A stretch of 64,000 bases of DNA from Podarcis erhardii (taxonomy: Eukaryota): the NCBI GenBank assembly GCA_964252035.1, contig OZ176200.1; one strand, written 5' to 3'. Of the stretch, positions 8,346-22,823 are shown in pieces. Positions within the stretch are counted from its first letter, which is position 1; every line of letters starts with the position of its first letter. The position numbers were made by a program, and so were the translations under genes. A model generated the notes under the pieces. It searched no databases, was not told the origin of the DNA, and worked only from the letters and a program-made list of their open reading frames with translations.

Positions 8346-10154
8346 TAACCTCTATGTCTGCATCTGAATTAGTTTGGTTTTCTAAAGGCGACCTAATGTT
8401 GCCTTCATTTTATTTGCATTGATTGTGTTTCACGTTAGTTATTGACAAATTAATTTTAAACTTTGTTTTCGTTTTACCTCATTTTTGTTTTTACATTAAT
8501 TTCAATGGAGAGCCAGTGCTGCCTGCAACACTGATGCTTTCCATCCAAATGGCATGCATTTTGTAGCCTTAATTATCAGATACCATATTTCATATAGATT
8601 GGTGAAAGAGTACCCACCTTCTAGGCAGTTAAAAAGATGTGCATCCCATAAGCTTCTCATTGATTTAAGTGGGAGACCCAGTGAAATTTCTCTTGCTTGT
8701 AACTATTTCAGTTCAGATGTTGGGAAATTTGTAGGCAATCTGTTACCATCTCTGTGCAACAGGCCTGCCAAAATGCAGACAGATTAGACAAAAGCCTCCC
8801 TATTTGATTATTGGAGACTTCTTGCAGACATTGAACCGACGTTTCTTTGCTCCAGATGAGACACTTGACATGCTATGTCAGTTTCTCAAGTCTTTCAACT
8901 CTATACAGAGAAATGCATCAATATACAATACACTGCAGTGCCTCTTTTCAACTTTAGGAATGTATCCATTTGTAAAACTGTGCCTCCTAAGTAAAACAAA
9001 TGCAAGAAACTAAAATCAAGGTGAGAAACTAAAGTCAAGGGACTTGCATTAGTTTTTTACATTGAAACTAATGCAAAACTAATATGAGAACTATAGACTA
9101 ACAGTGAGCTCATTCTCCAAAATGACACAATTATCATGCAGGGAAGAGGTATCAGCAAACTTGGAGGAATGGTGTAGTGTGTAGAAGTAGGGGGAAATGC
9201 AGTGTTATGAGTTTAGAGGGACAGTCTGGGTGGTATTCTTGGGTCCCTTCCTCCTCCAGGACTCCTGTATCCAGGGAGGGTTAGGATGTAGTAGAAGACA
9301 CTGCTGAACTGGTCATACTAGTTTCCTTGTAAGAAAAATGGCCTTAGCTGACCACTTAAGTGTTCTCATCAGCTTATCAAAACGTGAGCTAAGCTGCAAT
9401 AGCTAAAACTAGGTAATGGTGCTCTCCAGGAAGTCGGGGAGGCATTTTCCCACTCCTCACACCTGCCTGGATGATACAGCATCCCAGGACAAAGAACAAT
9501 AGACCAAAGGGAGCTGGATATGGGAGAATTGTGTGAGACAGTTTTACTGATGCTAGAAGCTGGAGGGACAGAGACATGCCTTCTCTGTGCTGGATACAAA
9601 GCTGGATTTGGTGTTCTCCTGGTAAGCAAATGGGGAAGTAAGTTTTGTTGGAGTGCTAACACTAGGAGCCCCTCCATGTGATACTCAGTTTGTATATATC
9701 CTCAGGACCCAACAGTCTCTGTTGACCTTCATTCCAAGGAAGCTGAACCCTGGGTAATGCACTAGAATCTCTTACTGAGATTGCATTTGAGAGCAAGGGG
9801 AGCCCTGAGAAGTAAAACCACCAAGAACAGCCCAATGATGACACAACTTTCTTGGCTGGCATGGAATACAATAGACTGTGAGGGAGAAATGGGAAGTTGT
9901 GGGGAAGAAGAGAAATGTATTGGAGTATCCTGGAAAGGGCATGTCTATCTGTCTGGAATACTGAACACTACAGCTTCAGAAGACAGCCTTCAGAATGGAG
10001 CCCTGTAAATGGAAATGAGACAATAGAAGATAATCTTATATGCTTTCTGTGGCAACATCTCACTTTAGCTCCTACAGAAGGCAAGTGGCATTTCATTGTA
10101 GGACAATCTTCTCTAAAGCTACTTATTGTATTATTTTATCTTCTTTGGTTAAAG

Positions 10155-10303
10155 GGCGAGCTAACCACTGGTCTGCGATCATTGGTGGGTCTCATTCAAA
10201 GAACTACGTACTTTGGGAATATGGAGGATATGCAAGTGAAGGAGTTAAGCAAGTTGCAGAGCTTGGATCACCAGTAAAAATGGAAGAAGAAATTCGGCAG
10301 CAG
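10155..10303 (+). CDS. SPON1: F-spondin (spondin-1) internal coding exon, 149 bp, Spondin_N domain (phase 1 / phase 0; probably exon 6 by human numbering)
   Basis: Encodes (R)RANHWSAIIGGSHSKNYVLWEYGGYASEGVKQVAELGSPVKMEEEIRQQ, which I recognise as vertebrate SPON1. Acceptor ttatcttctttggttaaag|G; donor CAG|gtaatt. Confidence 0.97.
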
Positions 10304-12485
10304 GTAATTGTCATTTAATTTATTAAAACAAACAAACAAAAAAATCGTTTAAAAATGTATAGTTGCCAGGAGCTGAAAATGTGAATCAGGCTTGAAAGAT
10401 CTTGCTACTATTAGGCTTCACTGTTTTAGCAAACCTTAACAAAGTCAATTAAAGTTTTCCTGCCTAATGATTTTAAGATTTAGCCCTGTGACTGAATATT
10501 CAGTAAAGAGCGTCTTCTGATTCACTCTCTTCTTAATGAAAACATTGAACTATTGACTTTACTTATAGCTTTGACTTAGGACTGTTCTGTACATGTGTGC
10601 ATTTTTCGCAGATCAATGTGCAAATGATCTGCAGCATCTTCATATCATACACAGGGAGAAATAAGTATGGCATGTGAATTACTGCACTTTACACCATCCC
10701 AGATTGGGGGGGAAAGAGTCAATTTTCTGGGTGAAAATGAAAAGTGCGGTAGTGGATGGTGTCTGACTTCTAGGAATAGGTGTCAAATAAAGCTAGGCTT
10801 ATACAAACTAAGGTTTGAAAAATCAGTGGTGCAATCCTGAACTCTCACTTGCCATTTTTGTATAAGTAACACATAAAATATTAAGTACAGAAGAGTGGCG
10901 GTAATTAAAGATAGCTTGTTTGTTAATTCATCTTCTGGGGCCTGTGCATTTAGTAGGGAAATGAGATCCCACTCTTACTGGAATCAGTGTCTCTGCTTAT
11001 ATTTGTTCCCTTTCCTGAAACTTAACCAGTGAGTCTGTTATCTATTGCAAATGTACAGAAAATAGCAGCATGAATGAAGGGACTATGGGACTTGCAGTTG
11101 TTTTTAAAGAGACCATGGTTTGTAACCAGTGCTCCACACGTGTAGTTCCAGTGGCACAACAGGGCTTCTATTTCCTCTCCTCCAACAGCATCCCCCTCCC
11201 ATCTGCTCTGCAGGTGTCTCCCAGACAGCAGGAGGAGTGGACTGAAGGGGACAGGAAAGGAAGAAAAAGCACATGGAAGTCCATTGTGGCAATAGAGCTA
11301 CAGCTTAGGATTTGGCCTCTTATCTCAGTCCCTCAAATATGAAGTCCTAAAGTTTTAATAGAGAAATATTGATGTCACATGTAAAGTCCCATAGGCTATA
11401 TCAGGGAAAAACACTGGGAAAGGCAGTTTTCTTTTTTAAAACTTTTAACATACTGTGCATGTCCTGCTTTTAAAAAATGTTAAATCGAGAATATAAGATA
11501 GTACAATATAGATCGTTGCGATTCTGGTAGTCTCTGTTCTAGTGCCTAATACATCATTTGAAATGAAGCTGGTAAGTTTTTGCTGGCTAAATAGCTTGCT
11601 ATTAATTTTTGCTTCAATATTGGATTGCTGCCTATAATTTCATGGAATTATAGTGAAATAATTAAATAGGAGTTATGCTCACTCTCATATGAATCTTGAT
11701 ATAGCTAATTTCTCACTTAGAAACCCACTGCACTTTGTCCCTCTAACCTCTTACTGAAGTGCTTTCTAAAAAGTATCTGACAACACCATTAGATATTTGT
11801 TCACCTGCTTTATTCCTATCTCAAAAAAGTTTTTTTAATTTTTATTTTGGAAAGAGGCTTAAGAGAAAAGGGCTTTGATTAAGCTAATATTGTTAATATA
11901 CCTAGCTAACATGATACAATGAACATGTAGCAAAGTTAAGTTTGGAGCCTCAAAGCACTTATATTGGAAGCCACAGGTGGAAAACTCAAGTCTGACCTAA
12001 AATCAAGTGACTTATTTGTAGAAATCCATTGTTTAGGAAATGCTGACATGTAGGTGATGCAAGTCCAAACGCTGTAATGAAATAAACTTCCTTCTTTTGA
12101 CTTCTTCATTCCAGACGAATGTGTTCAAGCTTAATGGAAGTTACTTGATTTCCCTACTCTACCTCATAGTTGTGGAAGCCATATTTGTATGGGTTGTTTT
12201 TTTCTTCACCCTAAAAGGGTGGAATATAACTTATATATTTATATAGACCATTTATAGCATGCCCTTCATCCAAGGATTTTGGGGTGGGTAACAGCAAAAT
12301 TCAACTAAAATACCACATCCATCCATAAGATCGTAAAAACGCAAGCCAGCCTGGGGGTTTTCCACATAAATGTGGTTGTCTAGATGGGCCTTTGGTCTGA
12401 TTCAGCAGGGCTCTTATTTTGTTTTTGTGCTCTTGAAGACAAAATTTCTGATGTGGGGTGCCCATGTGTCCTGCTTAAGAGAGGA

Positions 12486-12556
12486 ATAGAATCACAGAAT
12501 TGTAGAGTTGGAAGAGACCCAACGGGTCATCTAGTCCAAACTTCTGCAATGCAGGA
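12486..12556 (-). mobile_element. 3' part of a tRNA-SINE with CR1-like tail
   Basis: Reverse complement matches the 3' half of the SINE at 31756-31900. Confidence 0.7.
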
Positions 12557-14108
12557 AACACAGCTAAAATATCCTATTTTAAGACATTCTTTATTTTAGG
12601 AGTGTTGCCAGATGTTGCTAGACTACATAACTCCCTGGCTCTTCACCATGCTAGCTCGGCCTGATAGGTATTTGAGTCCAACAATATACAGAGGGCCATA
12701 GCTTTGCCACTCTTTGCCACTCTTGCTCTGTTTGAAGGACTGCCTTGTGATTCGCCCAAGTCCAGTTCAAAGACAGAGTTAAAGAACTATAAGAAGGAAA
12801 AACTGGGACCTTGAAGTTTCCCATCAATCTGGACAGCAAACTGAAGAGGCACACAGACCAGACTGAGAGGGTCTTCCCCACTTCAGTGAGATGTATTATA
12901 TTTCAGCTTAAATTATACAAATCCTTTCTAAATTTATCTCTGTATCTATAATTCGCATATGCAACTTCTGGCAAATCAGTGTACTCTTCTGCCATTTTTA
13001 TTTGGTGATTCTTTTTGACAATGTGTATGTAAGTGGCCATCCCAGAGATCACATGTCAAGTTGGGTTTTGTACCATACAATGGTCCCTCAATTACAAAAC
13101 ATGAAGATTTCCCCATCTATAAAGTAATCCACCTTCAGAATGACTTTATTCTTCATTTTATGACATGGGTAAAAGAAGATATCAAGAAAATTATTTGCTG
13201 GGCTGTACAAAAAAATAAAAATAAAGGCTCAGGAATCTGCATCGCGGAATGGCAGAACAAGGAGCTACATATGGCAATTGAAGGCAGTGGCTGACCCCCA
13301 GGGCTAAATTTGAGTATTTGATATGCATAGGTGGCTCTTGTTATCTTCAAGGAGAGCTTCTGTCTGTGATTCAAGCAGGAGAAATTTGTACCCAGGAGTC
13401 TTCCCTCAGGCTATACTAAGGTTTTGTGCTAAATGCGTCCTGAGCTAATACTTCCAGGCTTGAATTTAAATGGGGACTCGTTTTCATATATCAAATGTGA
13501 AATGAATGAATAATTGAATTCCCCTGGTCTCACCCAGGTCTGCTTAGCTAAGCAAGAAAAGTGTGTATGCCCATAAGGTAAAGCTTGGCCATTAGAGTGA
13601 AATACTGTGCTTCTAATGTGACTTATTTCATTTCCCATAGGTGCATAATGGGTGCTGCTTAGGGGATAACTAGAAAATGCAGAGGATGTGTGTCTGCACT
13701 CAAAATAGCAGCCTTTGTGTTTTTTCTCTTCTCTCCTTTTGCTCCCAGTGATGTCTAATAATGCACAGTTTGTGATGTGACAGTATCAGTTGCAGAGCTT
13801 TTCCTGCTTTTGCTTCACTTCATTGGTCATCTATTTGGGGATAAAGAAAACAGAGCATGGGTGTTTTGGTATAAATCCATGTATAAATCTAGATATTTTT
13901 GAGAGACAGCAATGCATTAATGACTACTAGTGAGAATGGCTATATATTACAATATCATTGGCAGGATGCCTCTTAATGTTGATTACTGGGGAACAACAGT
14001 GTGAGACTGTATATTTCTTTCCAGGTTTTAGTTTGGTTTTTAAGAAACACCTACAATTGTAACTATATAAGCTGTTTCAGATGGGGGTTATTTCTAGCCC
14101 CCCCCATC

Positions 14109-14170
14109 TGGAGATGCCAGGGATTGCACCTGAGACCTTCTGCAAGCAAGGCAGATGTTCTAGCTCTGAA
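14109..14170 (-). mobile_element. tRNA-derived SINE fragment
   Basis: GGGATTGCACCTGAGACCTTCTGC...GATGTTCTAGCTCTGA is a reverse-complemented degenerate B/A-box head. Confidence 0.55.
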
Positions 14171-15890
14171 TATCCATGCAATGCAGCAGAAGATACAATA
14201 TTAAATTTGGGACTTGTGCATTAAGGTGTTTTGTTTTTGTTCTTTCTGTAACACCTTACCTAAAATTTGAAGTGACAAATATATCAATATATCCTCAGAA
14301 AAATCCTAAGAGGTCAAAGTTAAGTGCAAGATTATTTTTTCTCTTTTTTTCTTTTAAAAAATGTTATCACATGTGCAGCATGACATTTGGACAAGGTTGC
14401 TGGTGCAGGTGATGTTTTTATATGCCAGGCATCATGGTTATCTAGGTTGTGTTCAAACATGCCAGGGGTACATGACTGGATTAAATAAAGGCCCCTCAAT
14501 GAACTGCATAGCTGAGCTGCGATTTAAAGGATTCCCTGCACCCAGACCTAGCATGTTTATGAACCCATACTAATTCTGCAACAAAGGAGAAGAAAAGCAG
14601 TTTTCTGAATGCTAAAACATGTTAAGTTTCCTCAGAGCCAGTGCATAGGGTTGGCTATAGAAATTGACTAGTGTGGTGCAGGGGAGAGGAGTCTGGCAAG
14701 AGCTGGTTGGATGACATTGTGTGGTACTCTGCAAGGAAGTGTGGAAGACTTGGTGCTAGTGCCACTTGGAGGCCCTGGGCAAGAAGTTTTGTAGTGCTTC
14801 TGGATCTGACCCGTAATGTGTTGTTATCCTTACATGAGGCAACAATGAGGTCATGTGATGTTTGACAGCCAGTATATACTAAAGTGATATATGTTGCTTG
14901 TATTCAAAAGTACAGATTACTATCATTATATTAAACCGTGCAAATTTCCAACCATTTGATAAACATTAAAATGTTCTTTATGTAAGTGCCACTAAATTCT
15001 GCAGATGTGCTTGGGTTTTTGTTTTGTTTTGTTTTGCATATACATGTAAATTGTCATCTGTATTGGGACGTTATAATTTTACCTTCTTGGGTGAAAAATC
15101 ACCACCTGACTGCTTGTTGTTGGTTAAAGTTAAATGCCTTGTAAGATAAATTCAATAACTCAAGGTTGCTTTACCCTTTGATTGCAACAACTATTGATTG
15201 CTATATGAGCTTTGTTTGCACTTGGTCCAATAAGCGAATTGAGGAAGTCAGCTTCTAGGAATTAATAGTCTTAATGTTGCATAGCTGGTAAATAACTATT
15301 ACAGGAACCTGTTTTGTGTAATGGACTTTTCCTTGAAAACTCTGGGACAGTAACAGATTATGACTGGTTTTTAAACACTTGCTGCAAGATCCCAATTAGC
15401 ACCTATGGAAGTTTTCTATCCCTCCTGCCATGCATCTTTATTGTTGAATAACCACACCTTTCCAGTATAAATAATGTTAAAAGTCTGCAGAGATGAGCAG
15501 GTTCCAGGGTTTTTTTTTTTTGTGTTTTTTGCACATGATTTTTCTACTCTCTCTCTCTTTACATTGAGCTCATTTTTAGCCTAGGAATTTGTTTTCAGCA
15601 CCAGAACAGAGGTCATAGTCATTTCATATGTAAAGCTCCTCCTAGTTTTCCCCCCAAACTGTTTTTTCCCCAGCAGCCTAATTTAGAAGAGAAGGAAGAC
15701 TTTTTTTGCTGTTTTTTTCTAAATGTGAGCTGATAAACTGCAAATTACTCTTCTTAGTCTACTGTTAATTATCCACTGATCTTCCAGTAGATTCCAGTCT
15801 AACCTTCTGCCTGCCCTGACCAGCCCATACTTTATGGTACTGCACCAGGTTGTTTTACCAAGGTCTGTACCTACACACCACTAGCATAGA

Positions 15891-16084
15891 TCCCATCTGC
15901 ACCATACATTCAGAGCAGTATCATACAACTTTATAAACAGTCATGGCTTTCCCCAGAGAATCCTGGCAGGTGTAGTTTGCTAAGGGTGCTGAGAGTTGTT
16001 AGGAGACCCAACTTCCCCTTGCAAGAGCTACAATTCTCAGAGTTCACTGAGAAGAGTGATTGAGTGTTAAACCAACTCTGAGAA
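15891..16084 (-). repeat. Unclassified squamate interspersed repeat (MITE-like); related copy at 48112-48255 (+)
   Basis: The two copies share CATGGCTTTCC/GGAAAGCCATG, GAGCTACAATT and TGTAGTTT blocks in opposite orientation. Confidence 0.55.
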
Positions 16085-19000
16085 GGGTTATGAAGAGGTG
16101 AATCTAATGGTGGCTTGGCTTTGCTGGAAAATGCTTCCTCTTGTGCTTGGTGGGGCACCCAGTTTTTGCTAATCACCCCTCTCCTTACTGCAGCGCTCCA
16201 TGATACACTGTTTGAGAGGGTCCTTTTCCCTTCTGTGGACATATGGAGCAGGTTTCATAGAGAGCAGTGGGCTGCAGTGGGTGGGATGAATCAGCAAATA
16301 CCATGTTCTTTGCAGAAAGCAAAGTGCTTTCTCCTGTACAAAGCCACCACTGGGTATCATCCAGAGTAGAGTGGAGCATAATTCTTCCCCAAATGTGCCA
16401 ACACATCTGTAGGTGGTAAACTGGAGGGTGTTTAGCATGTTTTCAGGACTCCTCTCAGCAGCTATAATTGTGTGTGTGTGTTGGCCGCTGTCTCTCTCTC
16501 CCCCCCCCCCATGCCAAGAACAATACATTGTCAGGAGAAAGTGGTGGCTTGTAGCTGGTGATGGAGAATAGCTCTGGTTTGTTTGTTTTTAAAAAAACAC
16601 CACTCCTATATTGAATTGACAGTTCTCATTTGAGAGCTCTCGGATTAGCTTTAGTGGTCACTGTGCATGTGATCTGTGTCCTCTTTCTCCCTACATGAAA
16701 AATAATTTATGTGAAAGCATTCCAGAATGCTTGAAAGGGCCCTAAGCTGCAAGTTTTAGGCATCTAAAATGTGTTATATTGTAGAAAGGCTCAAGTGTCA
16801 GAACAGAAGGAAGAGATGTTGCAGTTCAAAATCCTCCTTCACATTGAGAAATCAGTATTCTATGGAACTGCTCCTTCTATTTTTGGAGAGCATTCTCAGA
16901 GTAACAGGTGCAACCGTGACATTTAGGAGAACTCTCATTGGTTTGCCTTGTGGAACTCTGTTGATTAAGGCATGGACTGTATTTATGAAATAGAGCACAG
17001 CACTGTTGCAAAGAATTTGCAGAGATTTAAATTCATCTGTAGCTGGATGGTGGCCAGATGTTTCAAAATTAGAAACTCTTTGCATGTATAGATCTACATT
17101 TGCCAAAGTACATTCTGAGCTATTTCTGGCCAATTAAGGTAAATGGTTAACTCTCAGTAATACTTACTTATTAGGGTCTGTATTTAGCTTCCATAAATTA
17201 CCATTTTTAACAAAAAATGAAGTTTCTTTTAGGAATGTATAGCAGCAATACTTTATTACTTTATTATTACTATTGGGAAGAAATCACTTCAGATTTACAC
17301 AATTTAAATGAAACCCCCGGCTTGTCCTAAGATTACCTTCCTCAATTAACCACCTTAGACTCTCTTCTTGACACTTTAGAAGTTCCCCAACACCTCCCAA
17401 ATATAAAGAGAGAGAGAGAGATTTTGAATTGAGGGGTTGCCTTAAGCGAATGCTTTCCACAAGCTTCCTTATTAATCTAAATGGGTAGTACAGGTGGATA
17501 AATTATAAAATGGCTTGCTAACGCTGAAGAAAGCCTCATTCTGTTTAGTGTGTAAGTGGGTAAAGAACTGTAGCCCCAGGTTGAAATTTAGAATATTTTT
17601 CTTTCTTTTTATAATCATAAAATCAGTGTATAAGTGTGTTTTGATGTGAAGCAAGCAGTTCATAGGCAGTTGTCTGAGTGAGGTGTCTGGGTTTAGGCTT
17701 GTGGAAATTGTATGTGTGGCTACCTGTGTATTCACATAGGTGTGCTAGCAGCATGTTATTTTAAGTGATCAGCAAAGTTGTGCCCCTTCTATAAATTTGC
17801 CCCCCTTCTTCCCTCCCCAAAGAGCCCACTTTTGTTGTATTCTCATTTGGGGGTGTGCGGAGAAACCCAGTTTCATATACTAAGCTGGCTCCGTACATAT
17901 TACATCTGTGACTCTTCTGTGAACCAAATTGCATCTATATTTTGAGGACAGGTCTTCTGCAAGCGTGACAGCTGCTATTCTTGTTTTTAATTAGCTGTAA
18001 ATCAGTGTGTGAGAGTCTGAGGTGAGGGGTTCATGGCTATGTTTTGACTAAAGTCCCATGGGATCTGAAATGCAGCAAACTGAAATGTTGATCACCAAAT
18101 TTTCTCATTGACAGTTTGGCACATATGAGTTTTTTCACACTGTGATTCCGCCCTCCCTCCCCAACAGTCCTGTGCACTGTGAGCTGGGCTCCATACAGCG
18201 TGGTTTTATTCAGGAGGAGTGAAAAGTCTCAAGTCTCATTTCTCATTAAACTTTTCCTGGCACCTCTAGCTGGAGGCCACAGCACTGAGAAAGTTCAGTT
18301 AAGCAAACCATTAGATTTATGATACCTCATATTAGGTTAATTAACGTGCTCCAGCTCTGTGGTTATAACTTATAAATAAGCAAAAGCTTGAAAGCAAGTA
18401 TATCTTGACGCTTCCCATCTCCCGAACCTCTTCATTTGGTTTACCTTTTGTTTTCAGGCAAGTCTGAATTATTTAAAATTAATTGGAAGCAAAATCGATT
18501 TGGCAGAAAGCAGCTGCGAAATTTGACATGGAATATTTTGTGCATAATTTATAATCATGCCATAAGAATGGGAGGTGATGTGGATTTTAAATACCTGCAC
18601 ATCTGCATTTTAAAATGTGACATGTTCCTAATGTGATCTCGTTTTCACACCTGAGACCTTTAATAATGGAGCTTGTGCCTTCTGATTTAGAGAGAAGACT
18701 TGTTGATTGCTAACAACGTCCACTTTTTCTGCCCACAATAGAAAGGGGCCATTTGTACAGAAAAGGTCTACCAAGTGTGGGCAAATACCCAATTATTATG
18801 AGGGGTGGAAAACTGGCAATGCTGGACAAAGTGGATGGTGTGAAATGGGCAGGCAAAGCCATCCAGCCAAGAAACTGCTTTATATCAGCTATTCCAACAG
18901 GCAGCAGTTCTTCTCTGCCTTACAACTCCTCTTGTTCAGAAATTCAACTCTGTTCTTAGCTGTACAGAACCTATGTAATCCCACCAAATCGAGAAACCCA

Positions 19001-19418
19001 AGTGTGGACATGGAGTGGTTGAACCTAAGGAGAAAGGGACATCGTCTACCAGGCTAATGGAGAAAACAAAATATATTGTTTTGACCTCGCTGGAGCACAT
19101 AGAGACTCCCTCTTGCTGAGTGGGAGCTCTATATTCTAATGAGACTGTCTGCTGAAGTGATTGATTTCTCCCACTGCCTTCACACTTTCCCATTTGCAAT
19201 AATTAATTAAATAATGTCCTTTGCTTTTCAACTCACGTAGGACAAAGCCACTGTAGGAAAATATTAGGAAATTCAGAAGGGCACCATATTCCAGGAGCAG
19301 GAATTGATCTCGGCTTTCAGCTTCATACTGGACCACTCCAGACCTCTGGCCTGCAAGGTCTGCAGGCTCATTTCACAGCAGACAGGAGGCTGCTTTCTTT
19401 TTCCCATTTTTGTAACTC

Positions 19419-19583
19419 CAGCGCCGGATTTAGAGTGGTGCAGACGGTTCTGCTTCACAGAGCACCAAGCCAAGGGGTCACAGAATTGAGAAGATCCATA
19501 ATTGAGAAGATCCATTTGGCGTTGCCAAATTTTGGGCTCGCACTGGGTGCCATATTATTAAAGATTACCAAAGTTTGCCCCTG
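19419..19583. mobile_element. hAT-type MITE
   Basis: Termini CAGCGCC.../...CCCCTG; flanking duplication GTAACTC (19412-19418, 19584-19590); internal 16-bp tandem duplication AATTGAGAAGATCCAT (19484-19515). Confidence 0.6.
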
Positions 19584-21814
19584 GTAACTCTCGCTGGCCA
19601 TAGTATGGAAGGGAGGGAATGAATAGGAATGATTTAACTTGTTAGTAGTGCAAGAGTAAAGCCGAATAATTGGTGCACTTGTGGGGAAACTGGCTAGGAA
19701 TGATACTGTGGTAAAGCCACAGTTTTTGTGTCACTGCTAAATCAACAAACACACATACAGAGCACAGCTCTACAAGAAAAGCTGCAATGTTGTCTATTTT
19801 TGCTGGACCATAGGACCATCTGACAAGTGCCACGCAATTTTCTTTCATTTTTTTCTCATTGCAACATGAATTAGAGAATCCCATTCTTCTGCCCTCTCTC
19901 CCTTGATTACATGATGCACCTTTCAGGTGAGTGAAAATGGCTTGGTTGAGACCATTTACAAAATAGCTGCCATATTCAATTCATCATGACCTGGTATTCT
20001 TCATGTCTGTCTCTACATGGCAAACCGCTCGTGCGTATTATGGCTGACTCTGTGCCTAAGGGAATTTTCTCAATGTAAGTTTCCACATGTAAATTGCTAC
20101 TTGAGAACTGTTGAGGAACCCACATGGCAGCAATTTCAAATATACCAGCTCTCAATCCCTGGTTGATAACTGCTACTGTGAATCCTAAATTCCAGTGAAG
20201 TGAAAGTCCTCGTCTTGTTTTCACATCTGGGGCTTCAGCTGGATTATTCTTACATCAGTCTGTTATGTGATGAATTTTCTTCAGTGGTCTATTTGCACAT
20301 AATACAAATAATGAAATAGTGTGAGAGAAGCTCAAAGGTGCATTTTAGCATCTTGTGCTAAAGTAACCTTAGTTGGAGGCAGGTGTATCTGTAGCTATTT
20401 TTACTGGTTCTATCTAATTCAGCTGTTGTACAATGGGACCTACCTACATCTCACCTCTTGCAAGACTCCCAGGCATCCTCAGAATCTTCTACAGACAGTT
20501 GAGGGACCCTCTGGAGCATATTTTAGGGGCACATGAGAAAGCAGAAGGCCCACTGAATAAGCAGAAGTCAACTTGCGCCGTTAATTACGACTCACTGATT
20601 CCCGGTAAGTCCCCGCCCCCATACGCTTTTTCTAACACTCTTCCCCAAATCTGCTTTCTCTTCCACTTCCTGCTATCCTTTCCTCCCTTATTGTTCATTG
20701 CCATGTTACGTGGTTTCCTCCTCTTGAGCACATTCTAAAATATTAGTACAGAGATTAAACTTAGAAGATAAACACTGTTTGGAGCACTTGATATACTTTC
20801 AGTTTCTTTGTTTAAAGGGAGGTACTGTGGCGAGTAAAATGGAAACCCGGCATTCATTTTGAATAAAAGTTTTTTTCTGAAACAAAAAAAAAATCCTTCA
20901 TTGCAATAACATCTGGCATTTCCTCTTGTGTACCATTTTATCTAATACCTTTTCTGCAAAGGGTAAGACTCTCTTCTTTATTTATTAATCTAGTGCCAGT
21001 AAGAGAGAGCACAAAATTGTGTTCCGGGCAAACCCTGTTCTTATATGAATAAGGAAAAACAAAAGAGATTAACCTTTGTGTCCTGTGTCAAGCAGAGCAA
21101 TTGCATATTCCAATCAATGAACTAAAAATTGGTTCAATGGTTACTGCAGTCTCTCCAGTTAGGTATGTCTGAATAAATTCCCCATGTTTGTGAAACTGGG
21201 GAGAGTCTGTTCTGGCTGGGAAAACAGCTAATCATTTGGAATCCTGCCTTGTGAAAGTCTGGATGCTTTGCATTGTTATTGCAAATGAAAGGATGGTTGA
21301 TAAAGGCTAGCGCTGACTTTTGACATAGGAAATGCTGTTCCTTTTTTGCCAAGAGATAAGGTTTGTTAGGCAACATGTACCTTCTTGATATGTTCAAATC
21401 CCAGCAGCTGAAAAACAAAAACTTCTGTCAAAACCAATGGCAGTTAATGTCACTCTATATTATTAAAAACTCTGATAATTTTTTACCATATATGGTGCAA
21501 GCCGTGTCACAGAAAAGCTATAGATGAGATTCATAGGTTCATAGCTGAAAGGAATCATAACAAGGAACAGAGAGAATTAAGGAGGCAGGTGGCGTCATCA
21601 CATCAGTGCAGGGAATTGTTTTAGCAAGATGTGAGAAGGAGTGAACTGTAAGAAGGGAAGTCCACAAGGAGTTGATTAACAAGGATTAGTTAGGGTTCAA
21701 AGAAAACTGGGAGCCTTGTACACAGGTATATCAGTCAAGTCACTTGTATTTTAGTTATTGTAGTTGGCACAGGAAAGCATATGCACACATTCCACATTTG
21801 TTCAACTGCAAATA

Positions 21815-22029
21815 CAGTGGTACCTCAGGTTACAGACGCTTCAGGTTACAGACTCCTCTAACCCAGAAATAGTACCTCGGGTTAACAACTTTGCTTCAGG
21901 ATGAGCACAGAAATTGCATGGCGGCAGCAGGAGGCCCCATTACCTAAAGTGGTACCTCAGGTTAAGAACAGTTTCAGGTTAAGAACGGACCTCCAGAACG
22001 AATTAAGTTCTTAACCCGAGGTACCACTG
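21815..22029. mobile_element. Tc1/mariner-type MITE
   Basis: TIRs CAGTGGTACCTCAGGTTA / TAACCCGAGGTACCACTG, flanked by TA. Confidence 0.9.
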
Positions 22030-22799
22030 TACAAAGTCAGATATTCTCAAAGAGTAATCTAAGAGTTTATATGCTCAGCCTTCGTAATATAGGGACCTTG
22101 ACCTTGCATTCTCAATCCACCACTTCAAGAGATTAATGAAACAGAGAGTTTCCAAAATGTGGCCTCAGCCACTGGACTGCATGTGAGAGTGTGTCTATGT
22201 GCGACTCCACAAACACACAGAGCGCAAACGTTTTGAGAAGAGATCTAAGTTGTGCTTCTCCTAGAGAAACTACTTTTAATATATCGCCATTCTAACACAT
22301 ATTTTGGGGCACTCAAGCAAAATTTTACCTTTTAGTTGTATTAATTTGATCTCAGTTGCATTTGGCAACACTGCTGAGATGTTATTCCCAGAAAACATAG
22401 AGAAGTCTAGACTCCCTGGAAGTACTGCCTGAGCTTGTCAAAATATTTGTAAACCTTAATAAGCACTTGGCCCACACAGGTCTTCTGGATGTACAAGAAA
22501 AATGAAGTCAATTTCCTTCAAGCAGTGAGTACATTGTTTCATTTGTTACTCTGCCCAAAAGTGTGCCAAGCAGGCATTTGTCACATTGTTGAGCATCTTA
22601 GGAACATCTTTGATGAAATGCATAATGAGTTTCTGCACATAAGGGATGTTAGGGGATGTATCAAATTATGCAGCACTCTGCTGAGTATACTTTTGCTGTG
22701 TTGGGCAGGTTTTAAATAAGACAGCACTGAATAGTCAGGGCTAACTATTCTAGGGATGAACAAGGGGCTTTTGGTACCCTCACCCAGTGTTCCCAAAGA

Positions 22800-22823
22800 G
22801 TGTGTGTGTGTGTGTGTGTGTGT
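22800..22823 (+). repeat. (GT)n microsatellite
   Basis: Direct reading. Confidence 0.95.

Noticed and set aside
9706-9753. Possible 48-nt cassette exon (ctcag|GACCCA...CCCTGG|gtaatg)
   Set aside because: It does not encode the expected preceding SPON1 peptide (CCACGTAKY...). In this phase-1 intron it would introduce a stop, the pyrimidine tract is weak, and there is no transcript evidence.
9897-10277. 126-aa ORF overlapping the SPON1 exon
   Set aside because: Out-of-frame shadow of the real exon.
18707-19057. 116-aa ORF preceded by an AG acceptor-like site
   Set aside because: No similarity to SPON1 or any family I recognise; length is compatible with chance.
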